Made by a program: the position numbers and the translations under genes. Positions 1 through 9,600 of a DNA stretch of 64,000 nt are shown piece after piece (within the stretch, counting starts at the first letter, position 1; every line of letters begins with the position of its first letter). Source of the DNA: a virus; IMG/VR virus record IMGVR_UViG_3300035181_000829, positions 1 to 64,000 of that record; one strand, 5' to 3'. The notes beneath the pieces were generated by a model. It was not told where the DNA came from, searched no databases, and saw only the letters and a list, made by a program, of their open reading frames with translations.

Positions 1-280
1 TCTTCTGGATTTCAATCCGTAGCACATTCGCCTGTTCCCTTACTTGGGCCAATTCCGCTTCTGTCGAATCAGCTCTTGCGGTAGCTGCCGCGATAGAAGC
101 CTGCGCGGCAGCCGACTGTCGGGCAACCTCTCTCGCGGCAGCAATGGCCACTTCTGCGCGCACTTGGTTCTTAGCATCCTGCCGGATCGCCGTCACGATA
201 CCCAAAAGGACAAGTGCAAGGGCGACGTAACGGCCGACAGGCCCCAAGAACCAAGCCAAGATTTTGCCAGCTACAAGCAT
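1..280 (-). CDS. putative inner-membrane spanin (Rz-like), truncated by window edge
   Basis: Own translation: MLVAGKILAWFLGPVGRYVALALVLLGIVTAIRQDAKNQVRAEVAIAAAREVARQSAAAQ...; N-terminal TM helix plus Ala-rich coiled coil; directly after the endolysin. Confidence 0.65.
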   Translation of the reverse strand, partial: MLVAGKILAWFLGPVGRYVALALVLLGIVTAIRQDAKNQVRAEVAIAAAREVARQSAAAQASIAAATARADSTEAELAQVREQANVLRIEIQK

Positions 281-281
281 A

Positions 282-1451
282 TCAGGCCCCCGGCCCGGCG
301 TTCTTCCCGGTCTGGTGATCGTCGAGCCGAGCCCGGTAAATCTTGACCTGCTCGAAGATGATGAATGCCGCGAGTCCGACGAGCACCCACGGTCCGATGG
401 ACTTGGCAGTCTCTATGAGGGGCTGGAAACTGCTCAGGAGACCCGTGACCTGCTCGACGTGACCCTGAACCGCACCGACGGTCTGCATGACGGCCATGCC
501 GCCGCCACTGAGCCCCAGCACGGCCGCTGCGCCGTTGGTCTTGTCGGCATGGGCGATGGTGCGGGAACCGGCATCACGAAGATCGGCCACGGTCGCATTG
601 GCCCGCTCCGGCGCGATGTCACGTTGGCCGGACGACATGATCGCCGCCATGAACTGGTCATCCAGCCCGACGTAGATCGGGAGACCATGATCTGCCCGGA
701 ACGCGAGGATCGCGGCGCGAGTCTTCGTACCCCACTTGCCGTCCGGGTTGCCCGCCTCGACGTAGCCCAAGTCACGCAGCCGGGTCTGCACGTTCCGCAG
801 CACGGGGCCATCCGGCGGGATCGTATCCGGCCGATCCGGCCGCCATGCAGTATCGGCCTGCGCTGCGCGATTGGCGTAGGCCGCCGCCAGCTTGTTGTCA
901 TAACCCTGCTTGGCATAGCCGGGGCCGTTGTATGCCCGTGCAAAGGCCGCCCAGTTGTGGCTGCGAAGCTCGTCGTTCAGGTGCTCAGTCAAGATGAAGT
1001 TCACCATCCCCTGAAGCTGCTTTTCTTCGTCGTCCATGAACGCCAGAACCATGTCCTGCGGAGTCATGAACCCAGCCGACAGGTAGTTCATGCCGAGAAC
1101 CTGACCAAGGCCCCACGAGGCAGATTTGAGGGCTGCTGTCTCGTCGATGGCGATAGCCTGCACCAGCACGGGGTAGCTGTCGGCCGGGTAAGCCTTCTCG
1201 CCCCATGTCTGGTACGCCAGACCGGCCGCCACGGCACGGGACTGGGCATCGCCGGAGAGCTGATGGTAGAAGATATGCGGCTCGAACAGCATCGCCGGAC
1301 GATTGTGCGAGTCGAAGCCCGAACTGCGGCATTCCACGTCGGTAACGGCTTGAAGCTCGTCCTGACCAATGCTGATCTGGAAGGCAAGCTTGGGATAGTC
1401 GATGGCGTCAAGCCGTTTTGCCGCGCCGACGAAATTCTTGAAGTCTGTCAT
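282..1451 (-). CDS. endolysin: N-acetylmuramidase (DUF3380-like) + peptidoglycan-binding domain + C-terminal hydrophobic helices
   Basis: Motifs VE...GF, LFEPHIF, SASWGLGQVLGMNY, WAAFARAYNGPGY; PG-binding VQTRLRDLGY...DGKWGTKTRAAILAF; start MTDF at 1451 with SD. Confidence 0.85.
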   Translation of the reverse strand: MTDFKNFVGAAKRLDAIDYPKLAFQISIGQDELQAVTDVECRSSGFDSHNRPAMLFEPHIFYHQLSGDAQSRAVAAGLAYQTWGEKAYPADSYPVLVQAIAIDETAALKSASWGLGQVLGMNYLSAGFMTPQDMVLAFMDDEEKQLQGMVNFILTEHLNDELRSHNWAAFARAYNGPGYAKQGYDNKLAAAYANRAAQADTAWRPDRPDTIPPDGPVLRNVQTRLRDLGYVEAGNPDGKWGTKTRAAILAFRADHGLPIYVGLDDQFMAAIMSSGQRDIAPERANATVADLRDAGSRTIAHADKTNGAAAVLGLSGGGMAVMQTVGAVQGHVEQVTGLLSSFQPLIETAKSIGPWVLVGLAAFIIFEQVKIYRARLDDHQTGKNAGPGA

Positions 1452-1531
1452 GATCTGGTCCCTGCAACCTGTGAGTGACAGGAGCATATGCCCAGATCAT
1501 GATAGAGTCGATACAGTTCACCCGAATGCGA

Positions 1532-2551
1532 TCAAGTCGCCGAGAGCAGCCCGAGTTCCAGCCCGGAGAGGTCAGTCGTGGCCCAAACTGCGCTTGTCGC
1601 CGGATTGACGGACCACTCTTGGATCATCTGACTCACGCCGTCTGGGCTGACCGCTCCACCGTCGTAGTTCGCGCCGGAGATGCGAAGAAACTGATTGAGA
1701 TGCTGAGGCCCAGATGCACCCTTGCTCCCCAGACTCTTGCCGAAGACGCCTCGGATGCTTGTCGGACTTGCCGGGCCAGCATACGCCGACAAGGCGCTGG
1801 ATACCCGCTGGGCTGCAATACCAGATGCTGCTGCCGTCGCTGCATTAAGGTCACCGAGCTGCGAGTAATTGCCAGTCCAAGCCGAGTAGTTGCCAGCGGC
1901 GTTAGGTTTCTGCGTCGAGAGCCGCCAGCCGATAGTGCTCTCCCCATCCGTGGCGATAATCTCCGAATAGGCGATGACGTTGGTGGTGCTGTTGGACTGC
2001 CAGCAGCCCGCGTGGGTAAAGTAGAAGCTCTTGGGAATGGCCTTCGCGCCGGTCGTGTTCGCCGCACTCGCCGTTGCTTGCAGAACGCCGTTCTTGTAGA
2101 GGCTGATCACCATAGTCGAGCCACCAGTCACCACCACGTCATAATCCGCCTTGCCGGATGGAGCACAGACAACGTTAGCGGAGTTCACTGTGGTATCGCC
2201 TACGGCGACGACACGGAACTGGTTGGCACCATTCTGGTAAGCTTCAACACGCGCAACCTCCACGCCGCTCGGGTTCTTGAGGGAGAGATAGGTGACATAC
2301 CCGCCACCGGTGTAACTATCGAAGTTGAGTTTGTAAAGGTGCCAGTGCAGCCAGAAGGACGTGGTGGGTGCGGACATGAGCGACCCCCCAAGCGTAATAT
2401 TGGGGGAGGCGGCGCCGTTGCCCACAGAGTTGAGAGCCGAGATGCAGCCAAGCGAATATGCGCTATCGAATGCGGCCGTGGTCACGGAGTCATCGGAGAG
2501 CCCGGAAGCACCAACGTCTGCGGCAATGTCGCCGAGGAAGAGAACAGTCAT
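1532..2551 (-). CDS. virion structural protein, beta-rich lectin-like; paralog of 13239-14441
   Basis: 339 aa, Ser/Thr/Gly/Ala/Val-rich; KPNAAGNYSAWTG and C-terminal WATTDLSGLELGL resemble 13239-14441. Confidence 0.55.
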   Translation of the reverse strand: MTVLFLGDIAADVGASGLSDDSVTTAAFDSAYSLGCISALNSVGNGAASPNITLGGSLMSAPTTSFWLHWHLYKLNFDSYTGGGYVTYLSLKNPSGVEVARVEAYQNGANQFRVVAVGDTTVNSANVVCAPSGKADYDVVVTGGSTMVISLYKNGVLQATASAANTTGAKAIPKSFYFTHAGCWQSNSTTNVIAYSEIIATDGESTIGWRLSTQKPNAAGNYSAWTGNYSQLGDLNAATAAASGIAAQRVSSALSAYAGPASPTSIRGVFGKSLGSKGASGPQHLNQFLRISGANYDGGAVSPDGVSQMIQEWSVNPATSAVWATTDLSGLELGLLSAT

Positions 2552-2561
2552 GTTTAAGCTC

Positions 2562-2846
2562 CTATGGTAGGATGATTGAATATAGGCGTTGGCTATTCAC
2601 AGAAACGAGCGTCGTCGGCGGTCCGATGATCAAGTGGAATCGCTGCGTTCTCGCCATCACGCCGATGTTGCCAGCCGGACCGCCGATGATCAAGTGGAAC
2701 CGTTGCGTTCTCGCCGCCACGCCGATGTTGCCAGCCGGGCCACCAATGATGCTGTAGAATCGCTGCGTGTGAATCGAAATTACTCCGCCACCACCGACCG
2801 CGATCACCGCGCTTGCCGATACGCTGGAAAGAAGAAGCGACATCAT
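2562..2846 (-). CDS. small virion protein with 20-aa repeats
   Basis: Repeats of TQRF(Y/H)(S/L)IIGGPAGNIGV; ATGA overlap with the upstream gene. Confidence 0.6.
   Translation of the reverse strand: MMSLLLSSVSASAVIAVGGGGVISIHTQRFYSIIGGPAGNIGVAARTQRFHLIIGGPAGNIGVMARTQRFHLIIGPPTTLVSVNSQRLYSIILP
2623..2770. repeat. 60-bp coding tandem repeat, about 2.5 copies
   Basis: ccgatgatcaagtggaaYcgYtgcgttctcgcc...gccgatgttgccagccgg at 2623 and 2683, partial at 2743. Confidence 0.9.
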
Positions 2847-3523
2847 GTGGTCAAATCCCCTACGAGGTAGTAGGTATCCGCCGTGGTGTCCGGAATCAGG
2901 GTTGCGCTCGAAAACTGCACGCGGAGTTTCAGTTTGCTGTCAGCACTGTTGATCGTGACACCCGCCGCCGCTGCGAAGACGACTTGACCGGCCCCTTTGT
3001 TGATGACCGTCCACGGTTGTTTGTTGGTAAGTCCCGTGGGCACAGTGATGGTTTGCGCTGTGGCTGCCGAAAACTTTTGCACAATCTGGCCCGCAAGGTC
3101 TGTATTGAGCACAGTGTAAGTCGATATGGTAATATCAGCCGGTGATGAGATAACGATAGCGCCGCTGGACACCGCGTCCTCTACGACGACAAGGTATGTA
3201 TCCGCCGCATCGGAAAGCGGAATTACCTTGATCCAGCCATACTGTGCCCTCGTTGCGAGCACGCCGTTGGCTGCATAAAGCGTTACGCCAGCGGCGGGAA
3301 CAATCGTGATAGCCCCCGCGTTCATTTGAACGAACATGAGTGATTGCTTGTTCGTCGTGCCAGATGCAACCGTAACCGTGATCGCAGAGGCATTCGAGAT
3401 ACGCTTCACCACTTGCCCAGCGAAGTCTGAGTTGACCGTTGTGTAGGTCGTGCCAGTCAACCCTGTGGGCATATTCAATGCCGCATCGGGACGACCGGGG
3501 TAGCCTGCTCCGTATACGGACAT
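2843..3523 (-). CDS. tail fibre-associated protein with two similar domains
   Basis: Two internal copies of (S/T)D(F/L)AGQ...ITV...TNKQ...AAGVT...ADTY. Confidence 0.6.
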   Translation of the reverse strand: MSVYGAGYPGRPDAALNMPTGLTGTTYTTVNSDFAGQVVKRISNASAITVTVASGTTNKQSLMFVQMNAGAITIVPAAGVTLYAANGVLATRAQYGWIKVIPLSDAADTYLVVVEDAVSSGAIVISSPADITISTYTVLNTDLAGQIVQKFSAATAQTITVPTGLTNKQPWTVINKGAGQVVFAAAAGVTINSADSKLKLRVQFSSATLIPDTTADTYYLVGDLTT

Positions 3524-3534
3524 TGAAGCTCTCC

Positions 3535-3807
3535 TTACGCGACCGACGACACGGCGAGCAAGCCGTTACCCGGCCCAAGATTGCGTGCATACATGTTCAA
3601 ACTCGCGGTCTTGAGGTTGGATACGACGACAGGGATCATGCCGGAATCAGCGAGGAAATGTGCATCACTGTCGAGGGCAATGGCACCAGCGGCGGGTTGT
3701 GTGGCGGCGAACACGTAGGCGATGCGTGAAACGCCGACATTCTGGAAAGTAAGCAACGTTGCGGCTGCATTGCCAACAAGTTGCCAAGAGTCGTTTGCTA
3801 CCTGCAT
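3535..3807 (-). CDS. small beta-rich virion protein
   Basis: 90 aa ORF with AAGGA SD, in the tail region. Confidence 0.55.
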   Translation of the reverse strand: MQVANDSWQLVGNAAATLLTFQNVGVSRIAYVFAATQPAAGAIALDSDAHFLADSGMIPVVVSNLKTASLNMYARNLGPGNGLLAVSSVA

Positions 3808-3877
3808 TTTCTATTCCTTTTCATGTTATACAAGCGCGAGTATCCCCCGCGCTTGCAATCGATTGTAGCGATGTGGC

Positions 3878-4102
3878 CTAGAGCGTGGCCTTCGCGGCAA
3901 GCGCGCGGGTGTGGATTGCGGCAAGAGACGCCGACAGATTGGAGTTCAGCAAGTCCCATTCAGCCTGCGTCGGATCGGCACCGCTGCTCACGATGTTCAA
4001 CAGTTGGGCGTGAACATCGGTCAGCGCGGCTTGGATTTCCGACACGGCTTGCAAACCGGCGAGGACGGCGCTCAGAGCGTTCAGCAGGGTAGTGGCATTC
4101 AT
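3878..4102 (-). CDS. hypothetical helical protein
   Basis: Start MNATTLL with GGGAG SD, abuts the upstream gene. Confidence 0.55.
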   Translation of the reverse strand: MNATTLLNALSAVLAGLQAVSEIQAALTDVHAQLLNIVSSGADPTQAEWDLLNSNLSASLAAIHTRALAAKATL

Positions 4103-4103
4103 G

Positions 4104-4847
4104 TCAGGCTCCCTTCGTGGCAATCGAGGCCGCTTCCAACGTGATGAGGACTTGCAGTGCCCCCTGCGCGATGGCAAGCGCATTCTGCTGCGCATCGGCA
4201 GTTCCCGGCTTCAAGCCAAGGATGACCGGCGAGGCCGTATTGATGGCTGCGGCGACCTTGCTGGCCGCGTTGTCAAGTGACACAACGACCTTGGGCTGTG
4301 CACACGCCGTCAACACTGTCGCCGAGCAAAAGGGCTGCGACGAATAGTCGGCTGCGGCCTTGACGTAGACCGCAAACTGCGACTTGATATTGTATAACGA
4401 TTGCGCCGGGGTCAGGTTGGCCGTTGCACCATCGGTATTGGTGATGGCACATGCCGCGATGATGGACAAGGCACACGCCGCTGCGACGGACCGCGCGGGT
4501 CGGAACAAGCTTGCAATCGATTGCAAGACCCGCTGCGCCACATTGCTATTACCAGACTGCGAACTTCCGGTGTCAGATTGGGAAGCGGTCGTTCCATCAC
4601 CGCCGCTGCCGGTCGTTGGCTTTCCGGGGGTCAGTCGCAACGGTTGCGTGGCCGACACGCGGCCCCAGATAACCAGCACCATGCCGATGCCTTGCAGGAT
4701 GCCATCGATTGCAGAATTAAGTTGGGAGGCGGAGTCAGCGGTGAAGCTGATGCCAAACTGCGGAAGGAACGTCGCCAGCAGGCCGACGATCAGTCCGATG
4801 ATGGTCTTGCTCTGCAAGAACCATTTGCTTTGAATTTCGCTGTCCAT
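4104..4847 (-). CDS. holin-like membrane protein fused to a lipoprotein-like domain
   Basis: Two TM helices (SKTIIGLIVGLLA...LVIWGR), Ser/Gly linker, internal lipobox-like LSIIAAC. Confidence 0.5.
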   Translation of the reverse strand: MDSEIQSKWFLQSKTIIGLIVGLLATFLPQFGISFTADSASQLNSAIDGILQGIGMVLVIWGRVSATQPLRLTPGKPTTGSGGDGTTASQSDTGSSQSGNSNVAQRVLQSIASLFRPARSVAAACALSIIAACAITNTDGATANLTPAQSLYNIKSQFAVYVKAAADYSSQPFCSATVLTACAQPKVVVSLDNAASKVAAAINTASPVILGLKPGTADAQQNALAIAQGALQVLITLEAASIATKGA

Positions 4848-4923
4848 TAAGTCCTCTCTTGGAGTTGGGGAGTCAGTGCCAATATCCTACACCAAGAAAG
4901 CCGCAAGAGAAAGTGAAACTTTT

Positions 4924-5370
4924 CTACTGATTCTTCCTGATAAGGGCGAAGTAGGCCCTGCATAGGAAATGGTTTCTATCGGGGTAGAACGCCATGAGGA
5001 TCGGACTCCAATGCGGTCGCTCGCCTTCCGGCAACGCCTTGTATCGCGCGACCATGTGGAGGTAAACAGATAGCGCGGCCATACCCTTCCATAGAACATC
5101 GCTCATGCGCCCGAGGATTCCAAGAATCTGATTGTCGAACTGGAAGAACGGCCCGGCGAGCGGGTAGAAAACATTCCAGTAGAACGCATTCATGCCGTTG
5201 CCGAGAAACCCCAGCCAGATTGCGAGTATCAACCACCCGGCGGCGGTATCTTCACGCTCAGCTTTTCGCGGGAAAAACCCAAGCAACCCGAAAGCCGCAA
5301 GAGTCACAAGCACCATACCAACGATGAACGCGATAACGTTAGTCCAGTCTTCGATCATACCATAGTTCAC
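4924..5370 (-). CDS. 3-TM membrane protein (possible holin)
   Basis: Three hydrophobic segments and a basic C-terminus. Confidence 0.5.
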   Translation of the reverse strand: MNYGMIEDWTNVIAFIVGMVLVTLAAFGLLGFFPRKAEREDTAAGWLILAIWLGFLGNGMNAFYWNVFYPLAGPFFQFDNQILGILGRMSDVLWKGMAALSVYLHMVARYKALPEGERPHWSPILMAFYPDRNHFLCRAYFALIRKNQ

Positions 5371-5561
5371 TTCTGACTTCCTTTGTCGTGTGCGATCTTT
5401 TGTCGCGCTAACTTAGATAGCGTTTCATCCATGAGACGATTAACGCTATCAAACTTTTCAGTTGTTCTCTGCCGAAGTTGTTGCGTCTGCTCAACTTCGG
5501 GGGAGGCAATGGCATGATTGCTTGGTAGTGCGTTGAAATACCATTTCGCGAGACGATTCAT
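5367..5561 (-). CDS. hypothetical protein
   Basis: 64 aa ORF coupled to both neighbours. Confidence 0.5.
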   Translation of the reverse strand: MNRLAKWYFNALPSNHAIASPEVEQTQQLRQRTTEKFDSVNRLMDETLSKLARQKIAHDKGSQK

Positions 5562-5562
5562 A

Positions 5563-5796
5563 TTAGTCTAGCCTTTCCTTGATTACTTCAAGGACTACCA
5601 GAAACTTTCCTACTGTTTTGTTGAAGCTTACGGAAAGCTGGTTGAACTCGCTGCGCATTGCGGCCATGTCAGTCCGCGACTGTTCATCTCGCCGCGCGCC
5701 GATGAAGTATCGTTCGATAAGAAAAAGAACCCAACCAATACCTAAGATGCCATAGGGCGCAAGGACATTGGTTATGATTTTGAAAAGACCGTCCAT
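5563..5796 (-). CDS. 1-TM membrane protein
   Basis: TM segment VLAPYGILGIGWVLFLI followed by coiled coil. Confidence 0.5.
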   Translation of the reverse strand: MDGLFKIITNVLAPYGILGIGWVLFLIERYFIGARRDEQSRTDMAAMRSEFNQLSVSFNKTVGKFLVVLEVIKERLD

Positions 5797-5896
5797 CCAT
5801 CTTGCCTGTTTATGTTTTGTTGGGATGGGCTGTGCTTCTATGGGTATGGGATTCAAGTTACTATAGCACTACATATGGTGGAGTTCAACCCCGCCT

Positions 5897-6661
5897 TTAC
5901 TGCGCAACGAGGTATGAGTAGTAAAGCGAAATGCCAACACCTGTTATGGCGGAATCGGCAGTGGCCGGGGCAACAAAGGTGATAACATCGCCTGCGCTCA
6001 CCGTGACAACACCCGCGTTCGTGAAGGTGAATACACCGCTGGACGAGATGGAGACATTACCAATCGATGAACCATTCTGTCGCACATCGATGGCATACGT
6101 CGCGGACGGATTGGTGATTACACTGCCTTTTGACAGTGCAAAGTTCGTATCGAACGTTCCAGCGTTGAGCATCATCAGCCGTGCGAGAACTTCACTGGAT
6201 TTCGGATTCGGCATGAACATGCAGCCAACAGCTTCTACGGCCTTGATGTTGTATCCGACTGCCCCTGTCGTATCGATGATGTTCACACCATCGCAATACA
6301 AGAGCTTTTGCGCGGCGGGGTGAATGGTTGGACCCGTGCCCGCTGGCGTCTTGATTGTCACGTCCTGCGACGTGTTGTTGATCACGAAGAACAGGTGCTT
6401 CGCTGCGGGGTGAATCACGTTGAATGGCACGGTCGCACCGGAGCCTATATTCAGGCACACAAACCGCAGGGCGAGGCGGGATGACAGGTCGTTTGTCGTA
6501 TCAAAGGCCAGTGTGTAGCTGGTCGTTGTGCCCGCCGTTGCCAGCACGTATTCGTCTGACATTGCCGCTTCTAGCGACGCAAGCGCGGTATTCGTTGCAG
6601 TCGCTTTCATCGACTGTGACTCGGAAACTTGGAGAATTTGGAGCAGGGTCGAGACGGCCAT
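5897..6661 (-). CDS. tail fibre / receptor-binding-associated protein
   Basis: Follows the large tail-tip gene; N-terminus LQILQVSESQSMKATATNTALASLEA resembles the fibre-attachment region of GTA-like tails. Confidence 0.6.
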   Translation of the reverse strand: MAVSTLLQILQVSESQSMKATATNTALASLEAAMSDEYVLATAGTTTSYTLAFDTTNDLSSRLALRFVCLNIGSGATVPFNVIHPAAKHLFFVINNTSQDVTIKTPAGTGPTIHPAAQKLLYCDGVNIIDTTGAVGYNIKAVEAVGCMFMPNPKSSEVLARLMMLNAGTFDTNFALSKGSVITNPSATYAIDVRQNGSSIGNVSISSSGVFTFTNAGVVTVSAGDVITFVAPATADSAITGVGISLYYSYLVAQ

Positions 6662-6662
6662 G

Positions 6663-9600
6663 TTAAACGATTCCTTTCGCTGGGTGGCCTCGGCCAACCT
6701 TGTCCGATATTTGGTATACCATGATGTTTACGTGATTGCCCGGTGTCAGGCCGTCAGTCGTCTGGTCTGCCGCAGAGTATACGATAGTTTGGGCATCGTT
6801 GACAACAATGGTTCGCAGGACGGTCGCAAACGTGCCATCATACACATCGATTTCATAACGCTCGTAGGCTTCCGAGTTCGGAATGTCGATATAATCAGGC
6901 CACGCTATGCCGAATCTATCCCGACGAGTCCACACAATTGTCAGGTTGTTCGAGCCGTCGCGGGTGCCACCTAGGAAACATGGCGAATAAGGAAACAACC
7001 TCTGTGCCGTATTGGTGAAGGTTTCTGCTGCCACATCGGAAGTGTTGATGCCTATCGTAACAGCCTTGTAGGACATAGGACGATTACGGTTAGCAAGATC
7101 GTCGGTGAAGTTAACCAACGCGGCCTGTTGCAGCAGAACGAATTCTTCGTTGACAACGTGAGTATCAGTGCACTCCGATCTATCCGTTCCCGCGATGCCA
7201 CGGATGAATGCGCCGTTAAGCTGGAACTGGTTTCCGGTAAGGTGCGTTGCCGTGAGGAAGCTGACAAGCTCATTTCCAATGAGTGCAAGGTTTGAACCAC
7301 TAAGTAGTGCATCAGAGGTAACCGAAGTCAGCTCATTATCCGAGTTGTATAGTTGAACGACGATTGAACTGGTAATATCCGGCACCCTGCAATCGATTGC
7401 ACCGAGCAACGCACCGCTAACAACCTTACCCGCGACGATAGGCACGATGTTGGTCGAAATATCAACGTAGGTTGCACCGGAGTCGAGTGAACGGTAAAAC
7501 TCGGCGCCCTCCCAAGCCCCGTCTTCGGCTGCAAACCCAACATAGAAGCCCGCGTCGTTTTCGGTCGAGCGGATGGCGGGAATATCCATCAGGTATAGGA
7601 TAGTGTTTGCGAGTTTTATAGTGGCAGAGCCTACTGGCGAGATGTATTGCGAAGTGCCAGCGTTGCCGGTGATGCTGAGCACATTCAAGTCACCCGCGCG
7701 GCGCGGGGCCTTGTATAACGTGCCTTCGCATTGCAAGATGCCATCCGCACCACGGGTGACCGTGGTAAGCTTGACGATGGTTTCACTGTAAATCGGAAGC
7801 TTGTCGGTCTTGAGTGCCAAGTTCAAGATCGGGTTTTCGAAATACTGCCCGTTGTAAGAGGCTAGGACGGCAGCACAGTAAACTTGGCAGCGAACAAACC
7901 GTGTGCCAGCCGGAAGCTGGAAAGTCACCTTGCCTGTGGTGTAGGAAAGATTGGTGGTTCCAAGTATTATTTCAACAAAACCCGTGCCGTATGCGTCGAT
8001 GTAGCCATTAAAATCAGGAACGGTGTTTCCGTTCGCATCAAGGGTGCCTTTGAACGCATACAGCAGAACGCCGTGCGAACCTTCCCATACGAGATTGTAA
8101 CCACTATACTGTTGCTCACCGTCGATACAGAATTGCGCCACATGACCACCAGCCGCAATTTGATCATCCGTGAGGTAATTGCCGAGGTCAAAATCTTGGT
8201 AGAAGATACCACCAGACCAGTTACCGTTACCACCCGGAATGGCCTCTACACCTAAACCCCCCCACGTAGACATATAACCAACGTTGCCAGCGCCAAGCCA
8301 TACTCCGGGTGAGTATACATGCACAACGCCGTTGGAACCGTTAAGCAGGCCGGGGCGCGGATCGACACCACCACCGAACGGCGCTTGCAGAACTTCGATA
8401 TTCTGATCGTAATGCGTAGCCGAATTATCCCGCAGGGAGATAATGTCAGTGGGCGCAATCTGCACATACTTGTGCGGAAGCTTGAACTTCGCAGTATTCT
8501 TTTGCGTCCAAGCATCTTGCATACGCCGAACGACTGCATCCTTCATTATGCGGGGGTAGCTAACGACCGGGTATTCCGCAGTGGAGGTCTGTGTGCTCGG
8601 CGATTTCTTGACCGTGTTGCCCTTCTTGTTTATCCAAGTGTTAGGACCACTCTGGTCACGCACATATATCGCGTTGTTGATCTGGTAGTCGCGGCCCGGA
8701 TCGCTGTAGCTGATGCTCAACGAACGCGGGAGTTCCATAATGTCCGCGTAGCTATATTCGATCAGCGGGCTGGGCGATGACCCCGGCGTTTTCGCGTCAA
8801 GATCATCGGTGCTGATGATGTAATCGATTGCAGTGCGACGGCGGGGGCGGAAGACGATCTGATTCATAATATCGGCAGCATCAATATCGAACACATCGAG
8901 CATTGCCGTGATTGCGTCACGAATGCTTGTTTGCGTGCCGATGGTGTAGCCCGCGACAAAGGCATCGTCACCTGTAACCGGCAACGCGGTCAGATCGTAG
9001 TATTTCTCGTCAACTTCCCCAATATCCATGAGGTCTTCAATGATCCCCGCCGCCGTATCGTTTTCATAGCGAACGGTTTCAAACGTGAGGTTCGGGATGC
9101 GGTTGCCGAAGTTGGCAAGTTGCAGCGTATCAAACACGATATGCGCCCGGTCAATGTAGGCAGGCACGGGGCTGTTCAGTGCAACTTCCATCGCGGGATC
9201 GGAAATCTGATCTTCTGTGCCGCGATACAACGTCACGTTGTTGACCTGCGTCATTTGCAGAATCGATTGCTTCGACCAGTCCGCGAAAGCTGCAAACAGG
9301 TTGTAGTAAGAGTGCCACCCACGTTGACCAGTGCCGTCGCCGACGATACCACCTTCGCCGGTAATGCTGGCCTTAGACGGCACATATTTGAACGTGATTG
9401 GCGGGATAGTGACAGTGTGGATATTCGGGTAGACATACCAAATCTCTACCTGAATGCGCAGCCACCGAGCATACCGGGGGATTTGCAGTCCGTTGAGGAT
9501 TTTCTTGTCAACAGCCCCGCCGGTCGCCAGCACAGTCGTTGCCGATGTATCATGGAAAATCTGGAACGTGGTCCAGCTCTTACCTTCTTTCTGGTAGTCG

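Noticed and set aside
2623-2770. 60-bp repeat as CRISPR or a DGR template/variable pair
   Set aside because: It is an in-frame coding repeat, the differences are not adenine-specific, and no reverse transcriptase is present.
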